A stretch of DNA of 64,000 bases from Candidatus Gottesmanbacteria bacterium UBA6580 (lineage in GTDB: Bacteria > Patescibacteriota > Microgenomatia > UBA10105 > UBA927): assembly GCA_002433895.1 (NCBI GenBank), contig DJJA01000003.1, positions 575,745 through 639,744 of the forward strand, read 5' to 3'. Each line of letters opens with the position of its first letter. The stretch's first letter is position 1. Both the position numbers and the translations under genes were made by a program. The notes below the pieces were generated by a model. The model worked only from the letters and a program-made list of their open reading frames with translations. It made no database searches and was not told where the DNA came from. Positions 8,067 through 17,368 of the stretch are shown here, in pieces.

Positions 8067-9245
8067 ATGCTACGAAGCCTCAAAGGGCTCTATCATCTAT
8101 TGGTGGCGATTGTCGCCAACATTTGGTTCCGGTTTCCCAGTCGGGACCTGACGGTCATCGGTATAACCGGCACGGATGGAAAAACTACGACCACGACGCT
8201 TATTTATGAAATTCTCCGTCAGGCGGGGGTAAAAGCGTCTTCTATTACATCGGTGCATGCCACTATAGCCGGGCGCGAGTACGATACGGGATTTCATGTG
8301 ACCACACCTTCTGCGTGGTGGGTACAAAAATATCTGCGGGAAGCGGTTGATCATGGCGATACCCATATGGTGCTTGAGGTGACCTCGCACGCCCTGTCGC
8401 AATCCCGGGTGTTTGGTGTGCAGTTTGAAGTAGGCGTTATTACGAACGTGACGCATGAACATCTCGACTGGCACTCGACATTTGAAAATTATCTCCGTAC
8501 AAAACTCACACTACTCCGCCAGGCAAAAATTGCGGTGGTAAACCGTGATGAAGCGGATTTGTACGTCGCGAGCCTGCCGTATTTATCATATAAGCGTTAT
8601 TTTACCTACGGTATCCGCCGGGATAGCATGGTCAACCCCATAACGTCAGTGCTCCGCCTGAAGTTACCTGGAGAATTTAACCGTTACAACGCGCTCGCAG
8701 CATTGGCCGCTTCTGAGGCATTAGGTATCGATAAACGTAAGGCAATAAAAACATTAAATAATTTTTCCGGCATTGTCGGAAGGATGGAAGTGATACAGAC
8801 AAAGCCGTTTACCGTTATTGTTGATTTTGCGCATACGCCGAACGCCCTGATGAAAGCACTCGCCGCGGCACGTACGATGACCAAAAAACGGTTGATCCAT
8901 GTCTTTGGCAGCGCGGGTCTTCGTGACCGGACAAAGCGGCCGCTCATGGGCGAAGCCTCTGCAGCGTTTGCTGACTGTATTGTGTTGACTGAGGAAGATT
9001 ACCGGACGGAGGATGTTAACCGTATTATTGATGCGATTATGGAGGGAATTCCGAAGGGGAAAGAAGTGTACCGCGAAACCGATCGGAAAACAGCACTCAT
9101 GACGGCAATTGGTATGGCAAAGCCAGGTGATCTGGTCATCGTGACCGGAAAAGGCCACGAAAAAAGTCTGTGCCGGGGTAGCCGCGAGTACCCGTGGAGC
9201 GATCAGAAGGAAATTAAAAAGATATTGCGAAAGGTACGGGTTTAA
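8067..9245 (+). CDS. murE: Mur ligase, MurE-like, lacking the canonical N-terminal UDP-binding domain and with a divergent 'DNPR' region
   Basis: P-loop 'GITGTDGKTTTT' lies only about 36 aa from the start. The C-terminal 'VTGKGHE' resembles MurE 'AGKGHE'. 'EEDYRTED' sits where DAP-type MurE has DNPR. Position after ftsI fits murE. Start chosen at ATG 8067; the ORF track's TTG at 7980 lies inside the repeat. Confidence 0.6.
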   Translation: MLRSLKGLYHLLVAIVANIWFRFPSRDLTVIGITGTDGKTTTTTLIYEILRQAGVKASSITSVHATIAGREYDTGFHVTTPSAWWVQKYLREAVDHGDTHMVLEVTSHALSQSRVFGVQFEVGVITNVTHEHLDWHSTFENYLRTKLTLLRQAKIAVVNRDEADLYVASLPYLSYKRYFTYGIRRDSMVNPITSVLRLKLPGEFNRYNALAALAASEALGIDKRKAIKTLNNFSGIVGRMEVIQTKPFTVIVDFAHTPNALMKALAAARTMTKKRLIHVFGSAGLRDRTKRPLMGEASAAFADCIVLTEEDYRTEDVNRIIDAIMEGIPKGKEVYRETDRKTALMTAIGMAKPGDLVIVTGKGHEKSLCRGSREYPWSDQKEIKKILRKVRV

Positions 9246-9251
9246 TAAAAT

Positions 9252-9965
9252 ATGCTCACCGCAAATAACTACGGGATCTACGAGTCATCACTTCTCACCT
9301 CAATAGCGATACGTCACGGATATTCAGCCAAGTCCCACGGGGACACGAGAGATCAGGCGGTGCTCGATAGTATTTTAGGCCGTGGCGGCTGGAGTTTTGG
9401 GCAATATGTGGGAGCCGAGCAGGTACACGGAAATGGCATTGCCCATGTCGATCATGTGCAGCCCGAAGTGCGCGCTGTAGACGGATTAGTGACGGGGAAA
9501 TCCGGATTAGTGCTCGGGGTGAAAACTGCTGACTGTGTGCCATTACTTTTGGCCGATCCAGACGCACGCATTGTCGCAGCGGTGCACGCCGGTTGGCGGG
9601 GGACAATCGCGGAAATAGCAATGAAAGCTGTCGCCGCGATGGTTGCAAAGGGTGCGAACCCGGCTGCGATCAGGGTATCTATCGGTCCGCATATCGGGGC
9701 GTGTTGTTATTCCGTTTCCAGTGACCGGGCGGCACGGTTTATAGAGTATTTTGGTGACCAGAGCGGCATTGTTACGAAAGAAGGTGATGGTTGGTATCTT
9801 GATTTGGGGAAAGCAAACGCGCATCTCCTGACAAAAATGGGAGTACATCCCGATTATATAGAAATAAATGAGTTGTGCACTTCCTGCCAATCTGACACAT
9901 TTTACTCTTATAGAAAACATAAAGATAACGGTTTCGGAGAGATGGTAAGTTTTATCAGCGTGTAG
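9252..9965 (+). CDS. pgeF: Peptidoglycan editing factor PgeF / YfiH laccase-domain protein
   Basis: 'TADCVPLLL' and 'HAGWRG' motifs of the DUF152/YfiH family. Confidence 0.75.
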   Translation: MLTANNYGIYESSLLTSIAIRHGYSAKSHGDTRDQAVLDSILGRGGWSFGQYVGAEQVHGNGIAHVDHVQPEVRAVDGLVTGKSGLVLGVKTADCVPLLLADPDARIVAAVHAGWRGTIAEIAMKAVAAMVAKGANPAAIRVSIGPHIGACCYSVSSDRAARFIEYFGDQSGIVTKEGDGWYLDLGKANAHLLTKMGVHPDYIEINELCTSCQSDTFYSYRKHKDNGFGEMVSFISV

Positions 9966-9970
9966 CACAT

Positions 9971-11398
9971 ATGAAACAATCCAGTGTCCCGTCAAAAAAA
10001 TCCACCAGACGTCACGCGCACCTTGTCGGGATCAAAGGTGTGGCCATGGCAGCGCTCGCGGTGTATCTATCCGAGGCTGGGTATAAAGTGACTGGTAGTG
10101 ATGTCCCGGAGCATTTCCCCACGCAAGATGAGCTGGAGCAAAAAGGTATCCCCGTAGAGGAGGGGTTTGATGCGTCGAGAGTTCAGGGGGTAAATAAACC
10201 GGATGTGCTGTATTACACGGGCGCGCACGGCGGAAGGGACAACGCTGAGGTGGCGGCGGCAAAAAGCGCCGGAGTACCCGTTTACCCGCACGGTCAGGGG
10301 TTAGGTAATATCATGGAAGGCAGCCGGGCGGTTGTCGTTGCGGGAAGTCATGGGAAAACAACCACCAGCGCTATGATAGCCGCGCTGCTGACACATGCGA
10401 AATTCCGCCCGAGTTATGCCATAGGGTGCGGTTCTATAGGCGGTTTGGGCGCGGCGGGGCATAAAGGCGAGAGTGGCTGGTTTATTGCTGAGGGGGATGA
10501 GTATATTACGGATCCTACCCACGACACTACCCCACGGTTCCACTGGTTAACACCCGAGATACTCGTGGTTACCAACATCGACTATGATCACCCGGATGCG
10601 TATGCCGATCTCCAAAAAGTGCAGGACGCGTTTGTGGCACTGCAGCAAAAATCCGGGATCACGATATATAATGCGGATGATAAAAACAGTGCGGTGTTGG
10701 CACGTTCCGGTAAAGTGACCTCATACGGTTTTTCCCCCAACGCCGAATACCGCATCGTGAGAGTTGCCGACGGACGGGAGCGGATGTTTTTTTCTCTTGA
10801 AGAGCGGGGGGTGTTACTCGGAGAATTTACCCTAAAAGTGCCAGGACGGCACAATGTGTTAAACGCGACCGCTGCGATGATCGCGTCGCATATCGCGGGG
10901 GTTGGTTGGGACGTGCTGCGGGAGGGTTTGCTGACATTCACGGGAACAAAGCGCCGGTTTGAGTGTCTTGGATTAGATGGCGGCGTCGTGTGGTACGATG
11001 ATTACGCGCATCATCCGACGGAAATTGCTGCGACATTGAAAGCCGCAAGGACATGGTATCCCGATTCACGGATTATCGCGGTTTTCCAGCCGCACACCTA
11101 CTCACGGACGAAATCATTGCTGAATGAATTTGGCCGGGCGTTTACGGATTGTGACACCGTGTTATTCACCGATATTTATGCTTCAGCACGGGAGCATGAC
11201 ACGCTAGGGATACATGGCAATACCCTGGTTTTTGAAACCGCGAAAAATCATCACGACGCGCATTTTGTAAAAGACAAAAACGCGGTTATAGAAAAGCTGA
11301 AAACACTTATAAAACCGGGAGATGTTGTGATATTTATGGGGGCAGGAGATATTTATAATTGGGAAGGTGAGATAATAGCATCGGTAACGAAAGGTTGA
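9971..11398 (+). CDS. murC: UDP-N-acetylmuramate--L-alanine ligase
   Basis: N-terminal 'HLVGIKGVAMAALAVYL' MurC-type Rossmann region and 'GSHGKTTTSAMIA' P-loop. Confidence 0.8.
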   Translation: MKQSSVPSKKSTRRHAHLVGIKGVAMAALAVYLSEAGYKVTGSDVPEHFPTQDELEQKGIPVEEGFDASRVQGVNKPDVLYYTGAHGGRDNAEVAAAKSAGVPVYPHGQGLGNIMEGSRAVVVAGSHGKTTTSAMIAALLTHAKFRPSYAIGCGSIGGLGAAGHKGESGWFIAEGDEYITDPTHDTTPRFHWLTPEILVVTNIDYDHPDAYADLQKVQDAFVALQQKSGITIYNADDKNSAVLARSGKVTSYGFSPNAEYRIVRVADGRERMFFSLEERGVLLGEFTLKVPGRHNVLNATAAMIASHIAGVGWDVLREGLLTFTGTKRRFECLGLDGGVVWYDDYAHHPTEIAATLKAARTWYPDSRIIAVFQPHTYSRTKSLLNEFGRAFTDCDTVLFTDIYASAREHDTLGIHGNTLVFETAKNHHDAHFVKDKNAVIEKLKTLIKPGDVVIFMGAGDIYNWEGEIIASVTKG

Positions 11399-11402
11399 TT
11401 AT

Positions 11403-12386
11403 ATGGAACAACTGTACAGAGCTAAACTAAAAGAAATACTCGGGGCGAAGCTGAAAGAACAGGAACCACTGGCGCCGTATACGACGTTTAAAATAGGAGG
11501 CCCCGCGGATTTTTTTTATGACGCGAAAACGAAAGATGAATTAGTGCTTGCCATCAAAGCCGCGCGCGAGGCTCAATCACCGTTTTTTATTCTCGGCGGA
11601 GGGACAAATATTCTTATCGGTGACCGTGGGATACGCGGACTGGTTATAAAAAATTCTACCCAGAATATCGCTATCCGTGGAGTGCGTGGTTCCATGGAGC
11701 CGGGCAGTAATAAACGAACTGTATTTGTAGAAGCGGATTCCGGCGTACCGATCAATAAACTCGTCCGGTTCACCATAGAAGAAGGCTTGTCGGGACTTGA
11801 AATGCAGTTAGGGCTTCCGGGAAGTGTCGGAGGCGCGGTATATATGAATTCCAAATGGACAAAGCCGGAAGGATATGTCGGCGATGCGGTGTATCAGGCG
11901 ACGATACTCACTCCCGATAACACCATAAAAGAAGTATCCAAAGAATATTTTGATTTTGCCTATGATTTCAGCACAATCCAAAAAACTGGTGACATTGTAT
12001 TGTCTGTAGTTTTCGCGCTGCTTCAGGATGATAAAGAGCGTTTGTGGGCTATAGCAAACTCAAGTATCGCGTACCGGAGAGGGTCGCAACCACAGGGGGT
12101 TTTTTCAGCGGGATGCACATTTAAAAATATTTCTAAAGTGCAGGCACTCACTGCGGCAACCCCCGGACTCACTACCTCCGCGGGATTTCTCGTTGATAAT
12201 GCCGGCTTGAAAGGGGCAACCGTTGGAGACGCGGAAATTTCTCCGGTACACGCAAATTTTATTGTCAACCGCCGTCATGCCAAGGCGTCTGACGTGGTAG
12301 AATTGATAGAACGGGCACGGACCGCGGTGAAAGACAAGTTCGGCGTCGTTTTGGAAGAAGAAATACGGAAAGTCGGAGAATTTTAA
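11403..12386 (+). CDS. murB: UDP-N-acetylenolpyruvoylglucosamine reductase
   Basis: 'APYTTFKIGGPADFF...FILGGGTNIL' FAD-binding MurB signature. Confidence 0.85.
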   Translation: MEQLYRAKLKEILGAKLKEQEPLAPYTTFKIGGPADFFYDAKTKDELVLAIKAAREAQSPFFILGGGTNILIGDRGIRGLVIKNSTQNIAIRGVRGSMEPGSNKRTVFVEADSGVPINKLVRFTIEEGLSGLEMQLGLPGSVGGAVYMNSKWTKPEGYVGDAVYQATILTPDNTIKEVSKEYFDFAYDFSTIQKTGDIVLSVVFALLQDDKERLWAIANSSIAYRRGSQPQGVFSAGCTFKNISKVQALTAATPGLTTSAGFLVDNAGLKGATVGDAEISPVHANFIVNRRHAKASDVVELIERARTAVKDKFGVVLEEEIRKVGEF

Positions 12387-12390
12387 CATT

Positions 12391-13731
12391 ATGGATACCT
12401 TTATCATAAAAGGCGGCGCGCCGCTTCATGGCAATATTCGGGTAAATGGGGCCAAGAATGTGGCGCTCAAAATCCTTATCGCGTCACTTCTTACCGACGA
12501 GGAAATTATTATCCATAACGTTCCTCATCTTAAAGATGTTTTTTCCCTGATAGAGGTATTAAAAAGTCTTGGCGTGAAAGCGGAGTTTGCCGAGCATGAC
12601 TTGCGGATAAAAAATGGCACGATGGCACAAAATCCTACCGTGCCTCTCGATATCGGTGCGAAACTACGGACTTCTTCAATGGTATTGGGGCCGTTACTCG
12701 CCCGTTACGGCAAAGCCGATGTGCCAAATCCGGGCGGTTGCCGTTTGGGGGCACGGCCGATTGACCGGCATATCGAAGGATTGCAGGATATGGGTGCGGT
12801 TATTTCGTATGATTCCGATGACGGGTTTTTTCACGCGCATGCTACCCGGCTTCATGGTGCGACGATACATTTTCCCAAAAATACGCATACCGGGACAGAA
12901 ACGATTATATTGGCCGCAGTACTCGCTGACGGCAAGACAATTATCGAAAACGCCGCGGAAGAAGTTGAAGTCGATGATCTTATCACCTGTCTCAATCTCA
13001 TGGGCGCCAACGTAAAAAGGGTAAGTCCAAGAGTGATCGAAATTACCGGGGTCACAAAACTTCACGGAGTGGAGTATACGATTATGCCGGATAGGAACGA
13101 AGAAGTGACGTTTGCGATAGCCGCGGCAATTACCGGAGGAGATATAACAGTAGACGCCTCTCAACCCAAGCACTTATCGGCGTTTTTGGATGTTTTTGCC
13201 CGTGCCGGTGGGAAATACGAAATATTGGATGCCACCCATACCCGGTATAGCCGGGGAGAAGTACTGAAGCCTACCGACGTTATCACTTTGCCTCATCCGG
13301 GATTTATGACGGACTGGCAAGCGCCATGGGCAGTGTTTATGACACAGGCAGGAGGTATTTCTACGATACATGAGGCGGTATTTGAAAGCCGCTTTTCGTA
13401 TGTTTCGGAGCTTCAGAAAATGGGTGCCGATATCGCATTTTATGATCCGGAAGTGGAAAACGCGCGGGAGTATTACAATTTTAATTGGGAAGACCGGAAA
13501 GAAGGATATCATCAGGGAATACGGATCAGTGGTCCGTCGAAACTCCACAACGCGGTGCTTTCGGTCGATGACATCAGGGCAGGCGCGTCATTAGTGCTGG
13601 CGGCACTTGTAGCAACGGGAGAAAGTTATCTCAATAACGTTGAGCTTATCGACCGGGGATACGAAGATTTGGAAGGGAGACTGGGGAGTATCGGAGCGAC
13701 GATACGGAGAAAGAAGGAGCCGGAAGTATGA
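12391..13731 (+). CDS. murA: UDP-N-acetylglucosamine 1-carboxyvinyltransferase
   Basis: 'IIKGGAPLHGNIRVNGAKNVALKIL' EPT-family N-terminus and 446 aa length. Confidence 0.85.
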   Translation: MDTFIIKGGAPLHGNIRVNGAKNVALKILIASLLTDEEIIIHNVPHLKDVFSLIEVLKSLGVKAEFAEHDLRIKNGTMAQNPTVPLDIGAKLRTSSMVLGPLLARYGKADVPNPGGCRLGARPIDRHIEGLQDMGAVISYDSDDGFFHAHATRLHGATIHFPKNTHTGTETIILAAVLADGKTIIENAAEEVEVDDLITCLNLMGANVKRVSPRVIEITGVTKLHGVEYTIMPDRNEEVTFAIAAAITGGDITVDASQPKHLSAFLDVFARAGGKYEILDATHTRYSRGEVLKPTDVITLPHPGFMTDWQAPWAVFMTQAGGISTIHEAVFESRFSYVSELQKMGADIAFYDPEVENAREYYNFNWEDRKEGYHQGIRISGPSKLHNAVLSVDDIRAGASLVLAALVATGESYLNNVELIDRGYEDLEGRLGSIGATIRRKKEPEV

Positions 13732-15038
13732 AAAAGGGGCTTATTGTTGTCGTGTTGGCTGCCGGTATCGGGAAGCGGTTTTGGCCATTTACGACCGACA
13801 AAAGCGTATTTCCCGCAGTCGACGAGCCGCTCATTTTTCATAATCTGAAAAAACTTGAAGCTGCCGGGTTTTCCCGTTTTTTGATAATCACCAATCCCGC
13901 AAATGACGCGCTTATTGCATCACGCCCGGTTCCCGTGGGCATTGAGACTGCCACGAGTATTCAAAAAGAACCGGGAGGTATGGCTGACGCATTGCTTTCC
14001 GCACGGCCGCTGCTCGAGGGTCATCCGATACTTGTCGTCAATGCTGAGGATCTCGTTGAGGACACACTCTATAAAGACATCGCTTCCGGTATCCGGAAGA
14101 GCGAGCCGTTTATCGTCGGAAAATATACCGAAAAATACTTTGACGGCGGCTACATTAAGCTTTCACAAAACAGGCTTATGAGCATTGTCGAAAAACCGGG
14201 TGAAGGCCAGGAACCCAGCAAATATATTAATCTTGTGTTCCATTTTTTTCCCGTCGCCGATATATTCCTTGACCGTCTGCGGTTGGTAAAAACTTCCCGT
14301 GATGACCGGTATGAAAAAGCGCTCGATATGTTTGCGAGTGAATTTGCGGTATCAGTCATTTCATATGATGGGCACTGGACCCCGTTTAAGTATCCATGGC
14401 ATGTGCTGGACGCGATGCAGTATTTACTTACCCACTCATTAACGTCCGGAAAGGGAAAGAATGTTGATATACATAACAATGTAAGTTTGGAGGGGACAGT
14501 GCGTATCGGCAATAATGTGAAGATTTTTGAAAATACAAAAATAGTCGGTCCTGTGTATATTGGCGATAACACGATTATCGGCAACAACAACATCATACGG
14601 GATACAGTTATCGGGAATAACTGTGTTACCGGATTTAACACCGACATCACGCGTAGTTATATAGGAGATAACTGTTGGTTTCACAGCAATTACATTGGGG
14701 ACAGCGTACTTGAAGGCGATGTCAGTATGGGATCGGGATCGGTGCTCGCGAATTTACGGTTAGATGAGGCCGAAATTTACTCGGTCATTTCCAACGAAAA
14801 GAAAAATACACAGCGTGCTAAGTTGGGCGCAATGATTGGCCGGAATGTACGGATAGGAGTGAATGCCAGCATTATGCCCGGGGTGAAAATCGGGGCGAAT
14901 TCGTTTGTGGGCGCGGGCGTCGTGTTGGATAAGGATATTCCGGAGGATTCGTTCTGTATGATGCAGCCGGGTTATGTCGTGAAAAAAAATAAAGTGAAAA
15001 TCTCCGGAGACAGAGCCGCGTACAAAGCAAAGTTATAA
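13728..15038 (+). CDS. Bifunctional-looking sugar-phosphate nucleotidyltransferase with C-terminal left-handed beta-helix (GlmU/RmlA-like)
   Basis: 'VVLAAGIGKRFWP' nucleotidyltransferase G-loop at the N-terminus, plus hexapeptide repeats (IGNNVKI, IGDNTIIGNNNII...) in the C-terminal half. ATGA overlap with murA. Confidence 0.65.
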   Translation: MKKGLIVVVLAAGIGKRFWPFTTDKSVFPAVDEPLIFHNLKKLEAAGFSRFLIITNPANDALIASRPVPVGIETATSIQKEPGGMADALLSARPLLEGHPILVVNAEDLVEDTLYKDIASGIRKSEPFIVGKYTEKYFDGGYIKLSQNRLMSIVEKPGEGQEPSKYINLVFHFFPVADIFLDRLRLVKTSRDDRYEKALDMFASEFAVSVISYDGHWTPFKYPWHVLDAMQYLLTHSLTSGKGKNVDIHNNVSLEGTVRIGNNVKIFENTKIVGPVYIGDNTIIGNNNIIRDTVIGNNCVTGFNTDITRSYIGDNCWFHSNYIGDSVLEGDVSMGSGSVLANLRLDEAEIYSVISNEKKNTQRAKLGAMIGRNVRIGVNASIMPGVKIGANSFVGAGVVLDKDIPEDSFCMMQPGYVVKKNKVKISGDRAAYKAKL

Positions 15039-15042
15039 CGAT

Positions 15043-15762
15043 ATGAAGCGCCGCACTATAATTATTCTCCATGGGTGGAATTTGTCGGGAGCACGGTTTA
15101 CGCCACTGGCCACCGAGTTTATAAAAATGGGACACACGGTGTATACCCCAGATTTCCCCGGATTTGGGAATGAGCCGGCACCAGCGGAGCCATGGCATGT
15201 CGTGGATTATGCAAAGTTTCTGAAAGCGTACATAAAAAAGCATAAAATAACGGATCCGATTTTAGTGGGCCACTCGTTTGGCGGTAGAGTCGCGCTTAAA
15301 TTTGTGGAGTTGTATCCTACTGGCGCGCGCGCGATGGTGCTCACGGGCACACCGGGATTTAGCCCCATACCTTCCAAGAAATTATTATTTTTCTTGGTTA
15401 TTTCAAAAATCGGCGGTATGCTTTTCGCGTTACCAATCCTCAATATGCTCGCTGACCGTGCCCGGAGGTTGTTGTATTATATTGCGGGAGCCAGGGAGTT
15501 TTTGCGCGCAGAAGGGCCGATGCGGCAAACGTTCAAATATATTGTTGCGGACGACCTCGTGGGGAGTATGACATCGGTGCGTATTCCATGTCTGTTGGTG
15601 TGGGGGGAGCATGATACGATTGTTCCGCTTGCTATCGCGAAACGTATGCATGAAACTATTCCTGGTTCAACGCTGACGGTAATACCGGAGGAAGGTCACG
15701 CGGTTCCTTTCAAGCAGGCGGGCGTGTTTGCCTCATACACCAAGAAATTTTTAGAAGTATAA
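15043..15762 (+). CDS. Alpha/beta hydrolase fold protein
   Basis: 'ILVGHSFGGRVAL' GxSxG nucleophile elbow. Confidence 0.7.
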   Translation: MKRRTIIILHGWNLSGARFTPLATEFIKMGHTVYTPDFPGFGNEPAPAEPWHVVDYAKFLKAYIKKHKITDPILVGHSFGGRVALKFVELYPTGARAMVLTGTPGFSPIPSKKLLFFLVISKIGGMLFALPILNMLADRARRLLYYIAGAREFLRAEGPMRQTFKYIVADDLVGSMTSVRIPCLLVWGEHDTIVPLAIAKRMHETIPGSTLTVIPEEGHAVPFKQAGVFASYTKKFLEV

Positions 15763-15766
15763 CGTT

Positions 15767-17368
15767 ATGGAGATATTAACAACGTTGGGGGTAGTAGGGT
15801 TTATTCTTCGTCTAAGCCATAAAATTACCGGTTTGCTCTTTCTTTGGTGGAGAAAAGAATACCGGTGGGACCGGATGCTGGTTCATTTGCGGACAAAACA
15901 GGGGGAAACGGTTCTGTTGGGCAAAACACATATTATCCTTATTGCTTTTGCATTGATGTGGGCGCTTGAGGGCATACAACATATTGTCTATATGCTCGTT
16001 GGATTAACGGCGTTTGCGCTTGGGTTTATGTATACCCGGAGTATACGTACGTGGCTTATCCCACCACTATCTCCTAAAGTAGTGTTGCTGTTTGTCGCGC
16101 TATGTGCCGTTATCCTGTTTTTGGCGTTGTGGTCTCCGCTTCCAATATTGATTGCACTGCTTATTGCTGACCTTTTGTTATTTCCGACAAGTTTGCTGAT
16201 AGTTGTTGGTATGTCGTTGCCAACCAAGGCATATCACTGGCTTCAGATAGCAAAAGCGGTGAAAGTGTTACGCGCACATGCGCCAATGACGGTCATTGGT
16301 ATAACCGGCAGTTATGGAAAAACATCAGTCAAAGACTATATATCGGCTATCCTGGGTTCGTCCAATAAGACCTTAAAAACCTCTGCGAGCAAAAACTCAC
16401 CGATCGGCATTGCGGAGGTCATACTACAATCCCTGAAATCTTCCCACACCCACTTTGTCGTGGAGATGGGCGCATACAAACGGGGTGAAATACGGGAGAT
16501 GTCGGCAATGGTGCGTCCTGAGATAGGGGTACTTACTGCGATAAATCCTCAACATCAGGATCTTTTCGGTTCCATAGAGACCACGATGAAAGCAAAATAT
16601 GAATTGCTTCAGGGCCTTGTCGGCAAAAAGATCGCGATAGTAAATCTTGATGATGCAAAAACAAGACAAATGGGCGCGTGGGCAAAGAAAGACGGATGCG
16701 ATGTGTGGGGCTGGTCGAGGCAGTCTACACTTCCGGAAAGTGTCGTCCCCGCGGCACACACATTCAGAGCCGGAAATATTGATGTCACCGATCACAGTGT
16801 TTCATTTGATTGCATTATTGGCCGCGAAAAGGCACATATTGAGGCGGCAGTTGTCGGCGAGCATCAGGTGGGAAATATATTGGCTGCAATTGCCGCCGCG
16901 GTAGCCGGGGGTATGAAGTTTAAAGATGCTGCGGCAGCAGTAAAAAATTTGCAGGCAGCGCCAAAAGTTATGGAGGTTATCCCGGGTATTCACGGATCGG
17001 TATTTATTGACGACACATTTAATAACAATCCTGACGCGGCCAAAGCTGCCATTCAATTCTTAGGGAGGAATAAAGGCAAAAAAATATTAGTGTTTCAGCC
17101 GATGATTGAGCTTGGTGCGTTTGCCGAAGCCTCACACGAGGCAGTGGGAGCGGAGGCTGCCCGGAATGCAGATGCCATATTTTTGACAAACGCGAATTTT
17201 TTCAGCGCATTTTCCCGGGGAGTAAAAAGTGTCGCGTCTGGCGTGCCATTATCGGTTGCGAAACCATCAGCAATCGCAGAATATATTACCAAACACGTGA
17301 AGAAAAATGATATGGTATTGTTTAAAGGTAAGGATGCGGAGCACGCACTGAAGCTCATAAAAGTGTGA
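15767..17368 (+). CDS. murF: MurF (UDP-MurNAc-tripeptide--D-Ala-D-Ala ligase) fused to an N-terminal polytopic membrane domain
   Basis: 'GITGSYGKTSVKDYI', 'KNSPIGIAEV' and 'EMGAYKRGEI' match MurF motifs. The first ~170 aa hold roughly 5 predicted TM helices instead of the usual soluble N-domain. Confidence 0.75.
   Translation: MEILTTLGVVGFILRLSHKITGLLFLWWRKEYRWDRMLVHLRTKQGETVLLGKTHIILIAFALMWALEGIQHIVYMLVGLTAFALGFMYTRSIRTWLIPPLSPKVVLLFVALCAVILFLALWSPLPILIALLIADLLLFPTSLLIVVGMSLPTKAYHWLQIAKAVKVLRAHAPMTVIGITGSYGKTSVKDYISAILGSSNKTLKTSASKNSPIGIAEVILQSLKSSHTHFVVEMGAYKRGEIREMSAMVRPEIGVLTAINPQHQDLFGSIETTMKAKYELLQGLVGKKIAIVNLDDAKTRQMGAWAKKDGCDVWGWSRQSTLPESVVPAAHTFRAGNIDVTDHSVSFDCIIGREKAHIEAAVVGEHQVGNILAAIAAAVAGGMKFKDAAAAVKNLQAAPKVMEVIPGIHGSVFIDDTFNNNPDAAKAAIQFLGRNKGKKILVFQPMIELGAFAEASHEAVGAEAARNADAIFLTNANFFSAFSRGVKSVASGVPLSVAKPSAIAEYITKHVKKNDMVLFKGKDAEHALKLIKV

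Noticed and set aside
12614-13173. Internal ORFs (133 and 159 aa) within murA on both strands
   Set aside because: They fall entirely inside the strongly supported MurA reading frame and are frame shadows.
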